NCBI GenBank assembly: GCA_016935525.1
Contig: JAFGQU010000004.1
Location: forward strand, 1,314-65,313
Direction: 5' to 3'
Source of the DNA: Candidatus Omnitrophota bacterium
GTDB lineage: Bacteria; Omnitrophota; Gorgyraeia; Duberdicusellales; 4484-171
DNA: 64,000 nt
Shown here: piece after piece, positions 55,542 to 64,000 of the stretch
How the letters are laid out: each line of letters starts with the position of its first letter
Position numbering within the stretch: position 1 is the stretch's first letter
Program-made: the position numbers and the translations under genes
The notes under the pieces: generated by a model
Told to the model about the DNA's origin: nothing
Databases searched by the model: none
The model's input: only the letters and a program-made list of their open reading frames with translations

Positions 55542-55795
55542 ATTAAAATACCTATTAAGATAAAAAGGGTCCCGCCGCCATAACGGATGAGCTCAGGTCT
55601 TAGGGCTTTGCCTAATAATACGCCGATAATCACCGAAAGGCCGGTCACGACTATATATGCCGAAACCGAAGCGAGAAAGACCGTTAAGGGTTTCCCGGAT
55701 TTCGCCGTCATGCTTATCCCGATCATTTGAGTCTTATCGGCAAGTTCCGCCAGAAAAATTGCACCGAACGTCGCAGTAAAGATTGGCCAATTCAT
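55523..55795 (-). CDS. UPF0016/GDT1-like half-size membrane protein.
   Basis: The ELADKTQ motif is E-x-G/A-D-K-T. Confidence 0.5.
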   Translation of the reverse strand: MNWPIFTATFGAIFLAELADKTQMIGISMTAKSGKPLTVFLASVSAYIVVTGLSVIIGVLLGKALRPELIRYGGGTLFILIGILMCWGKL

Positions 55796-55810
55796 TATAT
55801 ATCTCCTCTA

Positions 55811-56425
55811 TTATTGTTTGTTCCAGATCTTATTTAAATATCGGTCCCGGCCGGAATGATAACGGTAAAACTTATACTTTATCGGATGGGTTTTATAATA
55901 ATCCTGATGGTAACCTTCGGCCGGATAAAAATCGCCGGCTTTGATGATTTCGGTCACAATCGGGGCATCATACCGCCCGGATTTTCCGATATCCTTTTTT
56001 GATTGTTCGGCGTGTTGTCTTTGCTCTTCGTTATGATAAAAGATCGCGCTGCGGTACTGGGAACCGCGGTCAACAAACTGGCCGCCGGAATCGGTAGGAT
56101 TTATCTGCCGCCAGAATACGTCCAAAAGTTGCCGGTAGGTTATTCGCGAAGGATCATAAGGCACTTCTATCGCTTCGATGTATCCTTTTTCGGCGTAATC
56201 ACCGTAGGTAGGATTTTTTCCCTGCCCACCGATATATCCGGAGATCACATTTCCTACTCCGTCGATTTTTTCAAACGCCGATTCCATACACCAGAAACAT
56301 CCGCCGGCGAACGTAGCTTTTTCCATCGTGCCCGCTCCTTTATTTTTTTCGTAACTCTGCGCCGCACCGTATCCTAACACAAAAAGAACACACACCAGGC
56401 TTATTTTAAAAATAATACCTCTCAT
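55811..56425 (-). CDS. msrA: Peptide methionine sulfoxide reductase MsrA, secreted.
   Basis: GCFWCME active site. N-terminal signal peptide. Confidence 0.85.
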   Translation of the reverse strand: MRGIIFKISLVCVLFVLGYGAAQSYEKNKGAGTMEKATFAGGCFWCMESAFEKIDGVGNVISGYIGGQGKNPTYGDYAEKGYIEAIEVPYDPSRITYRQLLDVFWRQINPTDSGGQFVDRGSQYRSAIFYHNEEQRQHAEQSKKDIGKSGRYDAPIVTEIIKAGDFYPAEGYHQDYYKTHPIKYKFYRYHSGRDRYLNKIWNKQ

Positions 56426-56451
56426 CGTTCTCCCTCTTTTTCCGTTTTTCT

Positions 56452-57444
56452 TTATACACTATTTTTCAATATTCTCTGGGCGGCGGCGTACCCTTCTTCA
56501 ATCGCTTCTTTACCGCGATGAAAGTCCAGGATACCGATATGCATATTATCGGGAATGATCACGATATCGCCCTTCTCGGCTTTATACCGGGCGATCTCAT
56601 ACTCCATGGAAAACATGGTCTGACTGAGCACATAAAAAATGTCGGGGGTATCGGAATCTATTTTTCCCCATACCCGGGGAAGTTTGTTCCATAACGTATC
56701 GACAAAACCCTGGACCTTATTTATTTTCTCACTTCCTTCTTTTGAAAACATATCCAGTTGAGCTTCTACCGCAGTATTTTCTTTCGATGGGATGTTCTCT
56801 TCGGTATGTTCAGAAAATGCTTTCGCTCCGGCTCTTTTACGGTGGATCGGAGGCAAGATCACGTTACTTACGATAATCCGGTCGGCACCCATTTTCCGCG
56901 CGATATCTACAGGCACCGGATCGACAATCCCTCCGTCGATAAGGAACCGGTCACCGTATTTTACCGGGATAAATATCACCGGCATCGAAATACTGGCCCG
57001 GACCGCTTCAATCACCGACCCTCTATCGAGGATCACCGCTTCCCCAGTATGGGCGTCGGTCGCAACGACGGAAAGGGGTATTTTCAAATCACCGAAATGT
57101 ACATCTCCGATCACTGTTTTCAGGAGCTCGTTCACTTTCTTCCCGTGAATGAACCCTTTGAACATCACGGCCAGATCTATATCGGCAAGATTCAGAAGGC
57201 GGGTAAAATTCGTCTTTAATACTACCCGTTCAAATTCTTCGATACTGCCGGATTTCGCATAACATGCCCCCACTAATGCCCCGATACTGGTACCGGCGAT
57301 CATATCGATCGATATGTTCCGTTCTTCCAACGCTTTGATCACGCCGATATGGGATAACCCACGTGCCGCGCCGCTGCTTAAGACAAGCGCGGTCTTTTCT
57401 GTTTTCCGTAAAGATCGAAACCACTTCACTATATTCTTCATCAT
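56452..57444 (-). CDS. Patatin-like phospholipase.
   Basis: GGAARGLSHIG oxyanion motif, GTSIG (GxSxG) and a DGG catalytic Asp motif. Confidence 0.8.
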   Translation of the reverse strand: MMKNIVKWFRSLRKTEKTALVLSSGAARGLSHIGVIKALEERNISIDMIAGTSIGALVGACYAKSGSIEEFERVVLKTNFTRLLNLADIDLAVMFKGFIHGKKVNELLKTVIGDVHFGDLKIPLSVVATDAHTGEAVILDRGSVIEAVRASISMPVIFIPVKYGDRFLIDGGIVDPVPVDIARKMGADRIIVSNVILPPIHRKRAGAKAFSEHTEENIPSKENTAVEAQLDMFSKEGSEKINKVQGFVDTLWNKLPRVWGKIDSDTPDIFYVLSQTMFSMEYEIARYKAEKGDIVIIPDNMHIGILDFHRGKEAIEEGYAAAQRILKNSV

Positions 57445-57627
57445 GATTATTCAGTTTTTCTCAAGGCACGGACGATAAAGGGAATTTACCCCATAACTTC
57501 GTTATTTTACCACTTTATCGGAACTATGGGAATGCATTAACCGGGAAGAAAAATAATGGGGGAATGGCAGGTAGCGCAAGGTGCCGCCTTCCCGCTGGCA
57601 ACAGGAATAATCATATTAACACACTAC

Positions 57628-58236
57628 TCATCTACTCTCGATAACAAACACTTCCTGAATATCGTTAGAATACATTTTCGTCATATAATCCCGTGGCGGA
57701 CAATATTCCTGTAATTGCGACAAAGAGGAGTAATGAGAAGAATGAGACTTTCCTTTCATCTGATGGATATCGTGGATCAATTGCATCCCTTTTTTGGTGA
57801 AATCGCTCAATATACACTTACCCTCTCGTCGCAACACCCGCAGCGCTTCAGTAAGGACTTTCCCGGGAGAATCGAAATGATGGATGGAATTTACGCAAAA
57901 TATAGTCTTAAAAGTGGCATCGGGAAAAGGCATGCTCTCGGCATTGTAAATACGGAAATCGACTTTACCCCTTAAAGGTAATGACCGTATCAACCTTTGA
58001 GCGAAATCTTGTTCCGCGCGCGAGATATCGATACTGATCAACGAGTAACCTTGTTGGGCAAGTTCAAGAGTCATATACCCTTTTCCCGTACCGATCTCCA
58101 ATATCGGTTCATAAAACGGAAATGCCGATTCAAAGATAAATTTACGCTGGGATTCGATATCGTAACCGTGCTCCTTATAAAATTCTATTCGTTCCACATA
58201 TCGTTGATACTGCTGACTGGTCACCTCAATTTTCAT
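57628..58236 (-). CDS. Class I SAM-dependent methyltransferase.
   Basis: ILEIGTGKGYMT is motif I. Confidence 0.6.
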   Translation of the reverse strand: MKIEVTSQQYQRYVERIEFYKEHGYDIESQRKFIFESAFPFYEPILEIGTGKGYMTLELAQQGYSLISIDISRAEQDFAQRLIRSLPLRGKVDFRIYNAESMPFPDATFKTIFCVNSIHHFDSPGKVLTEALRVLRREGKCILSDFTKKGMQLIHDIHQMKGKSHSSHYSSLSQLQEYCPPRDYMTKMYSNDIQEVFVIESR

Positions 58237-58299
58237 CGTTTCTCCTCCTGTAGAAAATAATTTCCACCAGAAAAATCAACCCAATAAACCTCGCTGGAT

Positions 58300-58617
58300 T
58301 CAGCATTTTTGCTTATATTGTTCTATTACTGATTTGACCGTGCCGGAGACTCCGGTAATCATCTTCACTCCGGCAGCTCCAAGGGTATTAGAGGCATTCG
58401 GCCCTACATTACCGGTAAATACTATGAGCACTCCTTTTTGCGCGACCAGTTGAGCCGGCTGGATGCCGGCTCCGCCGGCGATATTCACATCGGGGTTAGC
58501 CACACCTTCAAAAGAATCGCTTTCGGTATCGGCAAAGATAAAGTAGGCACATCGGCCGAATCGAGGATCAACCTGACTCTCAAGATCATCACCCTGAGCG
58601 GTTACACATATTTTCAT
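58300..58617 (-). CDS. NifX/NifB-like dinitrogenase FeMo-cofactor-domain protein.
   Basis: MKICVTAQG..DPRFGRCAYFIFAD matches PF02579. Confidence 0.65.
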   Translation of the reverse strand: MKICVTAQGDDLESQVDPRFGRCAYFIFADTESDSFEGVANPDVNIAGGAGIQPAQLVAQKGVLIVFTGNVGPNASNTLGAAGVKMITGVSGTVKSVIEQYKQKC

Positions 58618-58726
58618 AATTTCTTCTCTACTGAATGTGAGGGATATTTATTTTTTCGAAAAGGAATGGGCGAGTCATCGCAGGAGACAATGCTCCCCAG
58701 AGACTTCTCAGCGCCGTTGATCCTTT

Positions 58727-59122
58727 TCACTCCTCATGCGAATGATCACATTCGTCTTTTTCCACGCCATATCCTTTTCCTGCCCCGGGTTTACAGAGAC
58801 TTTCTCCGCCTTTTAAAGTGCCGGCAGCAGCTTCCTTCATTATCTCGTCGATCTTACCACGTATCCCCACGACGGTCCGAATACCCGCCTGAACAAACAG
58901 ATCCTGTGCCCGCTGCCCCATCCCTCCGGCGACAATCGCATTGACCCCCTGTTGTTGTAAAAACCGAGGTAAAAATCCGGGATGGTGTCCGGGATTATCA
59001 ATTGTCATCTTATTTACCAGCCGACCATTGTCTATCTCAACAATGGTAAAAGAAGGACAACGGCCAAAATGAGCTGATACATATTCTCCATCTGTAGATA
59101 TCGCAAACTTCAAAATATCCAC
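58727..59122 (-). CDS. NifX/NifB-like domain protein with a C-terminal Cys/His tail.
   Basis: FAISTDGEYVSAHFGRCPSFTIVE. C-terminal CKPGAGKGYGVEKDECDHSHEE. Confidence 0.65.
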   Translation of the reverse strand: MDILKFAISTDGEYVSAHFGRCPSFTIVEIDNGRLVNKMTIDNPGHHPGFLPRFLQQQGVNAIVAGGMGQRAQDLFVQAGIRTVVGIRGKIDEIMKEAAAGTLKGGESLCKPGAGKGYGVEKDECDHSHEE

Positions 59123-59186
59123 CTCCTTACAAATCCCTCCGTTTCGCTCTTAAGAGCGAAACGGAGGGATTGATTATTCTCTTTTT

Positions 59187-59534
59187 TTATTCCTCTTTGG
59201 TCGATTCTAACTCTTTGATACGCTGGTTGATCACATTGATTTCATCCTGCATCGTATGGGCCTCTTCTCTAAGCATTTGACTCTCTTCCTGCCGGCTCAT
59301 ATTTGTAGCGGGGCCATGACCACCATAAGCGTAAGGGGCCGGATACCAACGCCAGCCAAAACCACGCCCCATACCGCGGCCAAAGCCTCTTCCCCTCCCG
59401 CGCCCAGGACCAAACCTTCCCCTCCCAGAGCCAGAGGGCATATGTCCCGGAACGGCATAGCCGGCACAAAAACCTCTTCCTCCTCCAGTCATCGCGCCTT
59501 GGCCAGAAGGACCTGTACCATCAAATCTTGGCAT
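59187..59534 (-). CDS. DUF5320-like Gly/Arg-rich protein.
   Basis: MPRFDGTGPSGQGAMTGGGRGFCAGY N-terminus, RGRG repeats and a C-terminal coiled-coil. Confidence 0.5.
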   Translation of the reverse strand: MPRFDGTGPSGQGAMTGGGRGFCAGYAVPGHMPSGSGRGRFGPGRGRGRGFGRGMGRGFGWRWYPAPYAYGGHGPATNMSRQEESQMLREEAHTMQDEINVINQRIKELESTKEE

Positions 59535-59588
59535 ATTACACCTCCTTTTAATTATTGAAAATCATTTTCAATAATATTTTAAAAAAAA

Positions 59589-60002
59589 TTATACTGTTTT
59601 TTTACGACATTTACCGCACGTTCCGTAAAACTGGATAAGATGTTTTTCTATAGAAAAATCGTACTTTTCCATTAACCCTCTTTCGGTCTTCTCCAGGAGT
59701 TCTTTTTCCTGATCGATAAATTCGGTATAATCGATAACCCGTTTACAACGAGTACAAACCAGATGATGATGATGGCCTTTTTTTACCTGGAATTCTTCGG
59801 CCAACTCATAACGGGCCCGCCGATCGCCGAAATCGAACTTAAACAATACCCCCATATCGGCAAGCAGTTCTAACGTACGGTATACCGTGGTTAACCCGAC
59901 ATGAGGATAACTCTTTTGGACAGCCAGATATATATCTTCGGCACTGAGATGTTTTTCGGTCCCGCTTAATACCTCAAGAATAACCTGCCGGGGCACGGTC
60001 AT
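59589..60002 (-). CDS. Fur-family metalloregulator.
   Basis: Winged HTH, a HHHLVCTRCKRV..CGKC structural Zn site and a regulatory His cluster. Start chosen at MTVPRQ, since the track extends 22 codons further. Confidence 0.75.
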   Translation of the reverse strand: MTVPRQVILEVLSGTEKHLSAEDIYLAVQKSYPHVGLTTVYRTLELLADMGVLFKFDFGDRRARYELAEEFQVKKGHHHHLVCTRCKRVIDYTEFIDQEKELLEKTERGLMEKYDFSIEKHLIQFYGTCGKCRKKTV

Positions 60003-60165
60003 ACGGTACCCGCGCCCTTGAAACTTCGGCTGCCACCAGGATTGTCCTTGTCTACATCTTTTCTGCATATTTACTATTATTGAAAATGGTTTTCATTATC
60101 AATTAAAGTATACCTCCCCTTCCGGGTAGTTGTCAAGATATACTTCTTTTGTTCTCAAGAGAAGA

Positions 60166-61191
60166 TTACGAAGGGAGAAAAGAATCGATCCGTGCAGGAT
60201 CCTTTGCGTAAAAGCGCGAAGGGCCGTCTAATATCTTCCATTCGGCTTCTTCGAAGACTTTCCGGCAATCAAGAACACTCATCCCCCGCGCTCCTTTGGT
60301 CTCTTCTTTTGTGTCACGAGGGTTCGCCCCCACTTCAGCCCATAAAAGGTTCGCACCGGCAGCTACACCGATCACGTTCGGCTCATGAGTACAGTTACCG
60401 GGTATGGTCGACGGCAACGCCAACCGTACCACCGCGATAATATGAGCCATTCTCGCTTCACTGACCATGCCGTATTGAGCGAGATGAGTATCGGGAATCA
60501 AGATACGCCGGGCCGCACCGCTGTAACAGGGTTCGGCATCACGGGTAATAATTGTTTTTTCGACCAGTTCTTCAATAGAATGTTCGTTCCCTACCGGCTC
60601 AAGACAGGTACCCAGGGTAAGCCCGGCTTCTTTGGCGTGACGAAATGTATCAAGCCTTTTTTGTGATGAAATCGTCGTATCCCTTCCTTCTCCTAGACGG
60701 ACGGCGTGATATATTCCGGAAAACCCAGTCGCTTTTAACTGTTTTGCCTCTTCATAAGTAAAATCACCGACATTGGCGATAAGCACCGTATCGGATTTAA
60801 GTGCCCGGCGGATCTCCCTGCCTATTTCGATAAACTTCCCGAAGGGATAATCGGCAGTCGCCATGACAAAAATAGCGTTGGCTCCATCCGCTTCAAATTG
60901 AAGAGTACGACAGACCGCTTCTTGGGGAGCAATCTCACTTTTTCCCTTGAATACCTTATTCACTGCGGCAAACGCACAAAATTTACAGTTGCGAGGGCAG
61001 GGGGCGATGTTTAAACCTACCTGAGCATGGACTTCCGCTAACCCGCCTGAAGACTGTTCGCTTTTTTCCCGTGCGGCAGCAATAATACACGCCGATTCTT
61101 CGGAAAATAACGGCACTCTAAACAGTCGCGCTATTTCCTGTTCATTCAATATTTCATCAGCCATAGATTTTTTGATAATTTCTCTAATCAT
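60166..61191 (-). CDS. Radical SAM protein of the BioB/HydE/PylB clade.
   Basis: CPRNCKFC close to the N-terminus, in a BioB-like context. 341 aa. Confidence 0.65.
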   Translation of the reverse strand: MIREIIKKSMADEILNEQEIARLFRVPLFSEESACIIAAAREKSEQSSGGLAEVHAQVGLNIAPCPRNCKFCAFAAVNKVFKGKSEIAPQEAVCRTLQFEADGANAIFVMATADYPFGKFIEIGREIRRALKSDTVLIANVGDFTYEEAKQLKATGFSGIYHAVRLGEGRDTTISSQKRLDTFRHAKEAGLTLGTCLEPVGNEHSIEELVEKTIITRDAEPCYSGAARRILIPDTHLAQYGMVSEARMAHIIAVVRLALPSTIPGNCTHEPNVIGVAAGANLLWAEVGANPRDTKEETKGARGMSVLDCRKVFEEAEWKILDGPSRFYAKDPARIDSFLPS

Positions 61192-61208
61192 ATAAACTCC
61201 TTATCTTA

Positions 61209-61772
61209 TCAGGGAACTAATTTTTTATAAAAAAGATCTATTTTCTTATTCAATACTTTCTCGTTAAGATCGCGACTCTGTAAAGGCAGAGTAGGATATT
61301 CTATAGTCTGCTTATCGGATATCAATTCAGCCAGCTGGACGAGAGCATTTTCAACCCCTGTTTTATTGGTAGTGCCGAAAAGACCGATTTTTTTAGAAGA
61401 CACATCATCATATTGAGTGACAAACGTCCTTACCGCCGGAGTGACGTTACCGAACCAACTAGGGGTGCCAATCAAAATAATGTCATAATTTTGCGGATCA
61501 AGAACAAGGGGCTCAATTTCAGTGAGATTGCCAGCAAGAGCATCTTTTCCCGCCCGGGAAAAACCGACCGGACCGGTACGTTTTCTCCTATCAATCAGGC
61601 GCTCAGTATCGGCATTAAACTTTTTAGCCAGCTTTTCAGCTACCATATGCGTCGTCCCCGTACGGGAATAGTATACTACCAGTACTTGAGGGGTATTTTG
61701 AGAAAATATCTCAGATGGGAAGAACAAAACGCATAATAAAAATAATTTGACGAAAATCAACCTCATCATCAT
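61209..61772 (-). CDS. Flavodoxin-like protein with a hydrophobic N-terminal leader.
   Basis: VLVVYYSRTGTTHMVAEKL is the flavodoxin FMN-phosphate loop. N-terminal MMMRLIFVKLFLLCVLFF. Confidence 0.5.
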   Translation of the reverse strand: MMMRLIFVKLFLLCVLFFPSEIFSQNTPQVLVVYYSRTGTTHMVAEKLAKKFNADTERLIDRRKRTGPVGFSRAGKDALAGNLTEIEPLVLDPQNYDIILIGTPSWFGNVTPAVRTFVTQYDDVSSKKIGLFGTTNKTGVENALVQLAELISDKQTIEYPTLPLQSRDLNEKVLNKKIDLFYKKLVP

Positions 61773-61785
61773 AGGACTGTTCTTT

Positions 61786-62730
61786 CTATGATACTCCAGA
61801 TACAGATAAAAATCTATCCTTGTTTTCTGCCATAGACGTCTTCCACCGATCATGTATCCAACCCCACTGAGCAGGATATTTCCTTATCCACGTTTCAATC
61901 ACTCCCGTATAGCGGGTAACGTTTTTTTGGATAACAAGACTTTTATCGCCATCATTTTCCAACTGCTGAAAAGGCATAATTTCTATGGTATACGTATGGT
62001 CGGGATGAGACCGTATATACATCGGTACAATCGGAGCCCCGGTGCGCAAGGCAAAAATAACCGGGCCCGGAGGAGTTGATGCCGGTCTATTGAAAAAATC
62101 CACCCATATTCCCCGCGATCCGTTATCCTGATCCATCTGGATACATACAATCCGATTAGACCGTAACGCTTCTAGCGTTTCGGACACCGCCTGTCTACGC
62201 GGCAAAGAATAAATCGTTCTCACATCAAAACGATCACGTAGTTTCTTAAAAAACAAACCAACTTCTTCGTCTTTCATCGGCCGGGTAAACACAGAAAATG
62301 GCAAACCGGCCCGGGCAAGCGCCAGATGCAGTAAGGGAAAATTACCAAAGTGGGCAGTAAGCGCAATCACTCCTCGCTTTTTTTCTAATGCTGAAATAAG
62401 ATGCTCTTTTCCATAAATCGTAATCGGCAAAGAACTCTGGGGATGTTGCAGGAAATAAAGAGTGTCAAACGCATTGTGAACCATATGACAACACATATCT
62501 TTTATGATCTGAACTCTTTGCGTTTGAGAAAGATCAGGGAAAGCGGTTTTAAGATTGTTTTCTGCTTTACTGAGCGTCTGCGAAGCACTACGATAAAACA
62601 ACCCACCTACTCTTGTTGAAATAAAGAAGCCACAACAACGAGGGATCATACCAATTCCGCGAAAGAGTAATTCCAAAGCAAAGATTAAAAAAATCTTTCT
62701 GAATGTCCTTTTTATCTTTTTTTTACTCAT
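61786..62730 (-). CDS. Lipid A biosynthesis (LpxL/HtrB-family) lysophospholipid acyltransferase.
   Basis: N-terminal TM helix. TAHFGNFP is the HX4D-equivalent region. Length matches PF03279. Confidence 0.65.
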   Translation of the reverse strand: MSKKKIKRTFRKIFLIFALELLFRGIGMIPRCCGFFISTRVGGLFYRSASQTLSKAENNLKTAFPDLSQTQRVQIIKDMCCHMVHNAFDTLYFLQHPQSSLPITIYGKEHLISALEKKRGVIALTAHFGNFPLLHLALARAGLPFSVFTRPMKDEEVGLFFKKLRDRFDVRTIYSLPRRQAVSETLEALRSNRIVCIQMDQDNGSRGIWVDFFNRPASTPPGPVIFALRTGAPIVPMYIRSHPDHTYTIEIMPFQQLENDGDKSLVIQKNVTRYTGVIETWIRKYPAQWGWIHDRWKTSMAENKDRFLSVSGVS

Positions 62731-62741
62731 AGATTGGGAAA

Positions 62742-63449
62742 TTATAGTTTAATATGGTATTTTATTTTTTGGAACACTTCGGAATAATATGTCTTATATA
62801 TGTAGCGGCCTACCGAACGGGCCATATCGATCGCTTCCTGATTTTCCGTATAACTGGCGACATTCCCATTAAACAGCCTGTTGATCTTTTCCACGTCACA
62901 GGTTTTATACATTTCCTTGATAACCGGCTCCATCAGAGAAATCCCCGCGCAGATGACCGGGGCAGCACCCAGTCCCCGCAGATTATGTAATAATCCGGAT
63001 AAAGCACCTTCATTGCCGATCGTCGCCGAGATAGCAAGATTGCCGACCGGTTTTCCTGAGAACGGATTATCGCGCATCTTAAGACTTCTCAACCCCATCA
63101 ATCTTCCCCTCTCCCGCTCGTGGAATACACGGGAACGCTGGATAAAATTAATCACACAGGCCGGCTGTTGATAGGAATAGACCGGGGAGGAAAAAATGAG
63201 CCCGTCGGCCCCGGCTACTTTGTCGAAAAGCTCTTTTCCGTCATCCTCAGGATCGGAAAAAAGCGGACAGTCTTTGCCGCAAAAACACAGGTCACAGGAA
63301 GTACAGGGTTTAAGGTTGTATTGGATAAGGCGTATCGACTCCGTCGCCGCGCCGAGCGCCGCTGCCGCAGCAAGAGATTCATTTAGAAACCACTCGCTTG
63401 CCGCTTTCCCGTTTTTCTTATTCGTTCCGCAGATACCTAATATCTTCAT
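62742..63449 (-). CDS. Iron-sulfur flavoprotein (Isf/NADPH-dependent FMN reductase family).
   Basis: MKILGICGTNKKNGKA FMN loop. Compact Cys motif CTSCDLCFCGKDC. Start has GGAGC 6 nt upstream. The track's upstream extension was rejected. Confidence 0.6.
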   Translation of the reverse strand: MKILGICGTNKKNGKAASEWFLNESLAAAAALGAATESIRLIQYNLKPCTSCDLCFCGKDCPLFSDPEDDGKELFDKVAGADGLIFSSPVYSYQQPACVINFIQRSRVFHERERGRLMGLRSLKMRDNPFSGKPVGNLAISATIGNEGALSGLLHNLRGLGAAPVICAGISLMEPVIKEMYKTCDVEKINRLFNGNVASYTENQEAIDMARSVGRYIYKTYYSEVFQKIKYHIKL

Positions 63450-63699
63450 CGTTTTGCTCCTTCCGTATGAATGTTTTTTCATATCTATACTCTCCAAAAA
63501 AAATAAACCGTTCCCAGGTTTATAGATACACTGAGAACGGCTTTGTTCACAGGAGAAATATAGAATGATTATTACAAAATAATAATTCCTGTCAAGCATT
63601 TTTTAAAAAATATCCCGGCTCTCTGCTTGCATACACCCCGGCTGACCAAAAAGCCTTTATTTTCAAGGTAAAATAGACTGGAAACCCGGGAATTGTTTG

Positions 63700-63708
63700 T
63701 GGTATATT
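63700..63708 (+). promoter_or_regulatory. Candidate extended -10 promoter (TGgTATATT) for the yjfB-like gene.
   Basis: TG at 63700..63701 and TATATT at 63703..63708, 26 nt upstream of the ATG. RBS AGGAGG at 63723..63728. Confidence 0.3.
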
Positions 63709-63734
63709 TTAACCATAAGCCCAGGAGGTAAAAA

Positions 63735-63923
63735 ATGATAACCGTGGCTGATGTGTATGCGGTAAGCGCAGTCACATCTTCAAATGCAGTAAACAAAAGT
63801 ATTGCCGAAGCTCTGCTTACCGCAATGACCCAATTAAATACCCAGATCACCAAACCTTCGGCCTCAGCTAAAGTCGATTTCTCACAGGTACTGAATCCCG
63901 CACAAGTCGATATTTACGTATAA
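63735..63923 (+). CDS. YjfB-like putative motility protein (62 aa).
   Basis: Pattern similarity to PF14070, with an N-terminal Ala/Ser/Val-rich helix and a C-terminal P..Q.VDI..V. Strong RBS. Confidence 0.4.
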   Translation: MITVADVYAVSAVTSSNAVNKSIAEALLTAMTQLNTQITKPSASAKVDFSQVLNPAQVDIYV

Positions 63924-63986
63924 TTAGTCTCTGGTAGAAAACATAGCTACTATCGACTAGAGACCAGAGACTAGAGACTCTATTTT
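63924..63986 (+). terminator. Stem-loop built from an inverted pair of TAGTCTCTGGT repeats downstream of the yjfB-like gene. Possible terminator or REP-like element.
   Basis: tagtctctggt (63925..63935) pairs with accagagacta (63963..63973). A further copy is gactagagactc (63970..63981), followed by tattttat. Confidence 0.4.
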
Positions 63987-64000
63987 ATGGTACAATACCT

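Noticed and set aside
1-64000. Searches for tRNA/rRNA genes and CRISPR arrays.
   Set aside because: No intergenic T-loop (GGTTCGA/GTTCRANTC) cloverleaf candidates were seen. There is no rRNA-like conserved sequence. No array of regularly spaced 24 to 40-nt direct repeats was found.

Overview
This 64 kb window looks like chromosomal DNA from an uncultivated, probably anaerobic, diderm bacterium at roughly 48% GC. The diderm call rests on TolC-like, LpxL-like and DUF2490 outer-membrane genes; the anaerobe call on many Fe-S and radical SAM proteins, a PPi-type phosphofructokinase, an Isf-type flavoprotein, and DUF134 and NifX-like genes. Coding density is high and mostly on the minus strand.

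Recognisable content:
- Metals and efflux:
  - A Cu(I) P1B-ATPase.
  - An atypical arsenic resistance locus (ArsC, ACR3, a DUF134 regulator, a methyltransferase).
  - A nickel locus (NikR, a small OM beta-barrel, NikM/CbiM).
  - A MacA/MacB/TolC efflux pump.
- Radical SAM genes: five (one SPASM, two B12-binding, one YgiQ-type, one BioB/HydE-like).
- Polysaccharide synthesis: a three-gene exopolysaccharide synthase module (PEGA-domain periplasmic partner, processive GT2 synthase, secreted GH5-like hydrolase).
- Mobile DNA: one IS200-like/REP-associated tyrosine transposase flanked by inverted REP-like hairpins.
- Central and housekeeping functions:
  - Two divergent phosphofructokinases.
  - MalQ plus a TreT-like GT4.
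  - A DEAD-box helicase.
  - A PurF-like gene co-transcribed with CrcB/DUF190.
  - A eukaryotic-type topoisomerase IB next to a GIY-YIG gene.
  - Two MscS channels, MsrA, patatin, a Fur-family regulator, two NifX-like genes and DUF5320.

Unexplained non-coding structure:
- A dispersed intergenic repeat family with core TAGTCTNTGGT, including an exact 20-mer at two loci.
- A ~280 nt structured transcript region that ends in a strong terminator.
- A ~225 nt structured leader with a terminal closing helix upstream of the SPASM radical SAM gene.
- A 33 nt motif carrying a TTTCGCGAAA palindrome, repeated upstream of two Fe-S protein genes.

No rRNA, tRNA or CRISPR array was seen.
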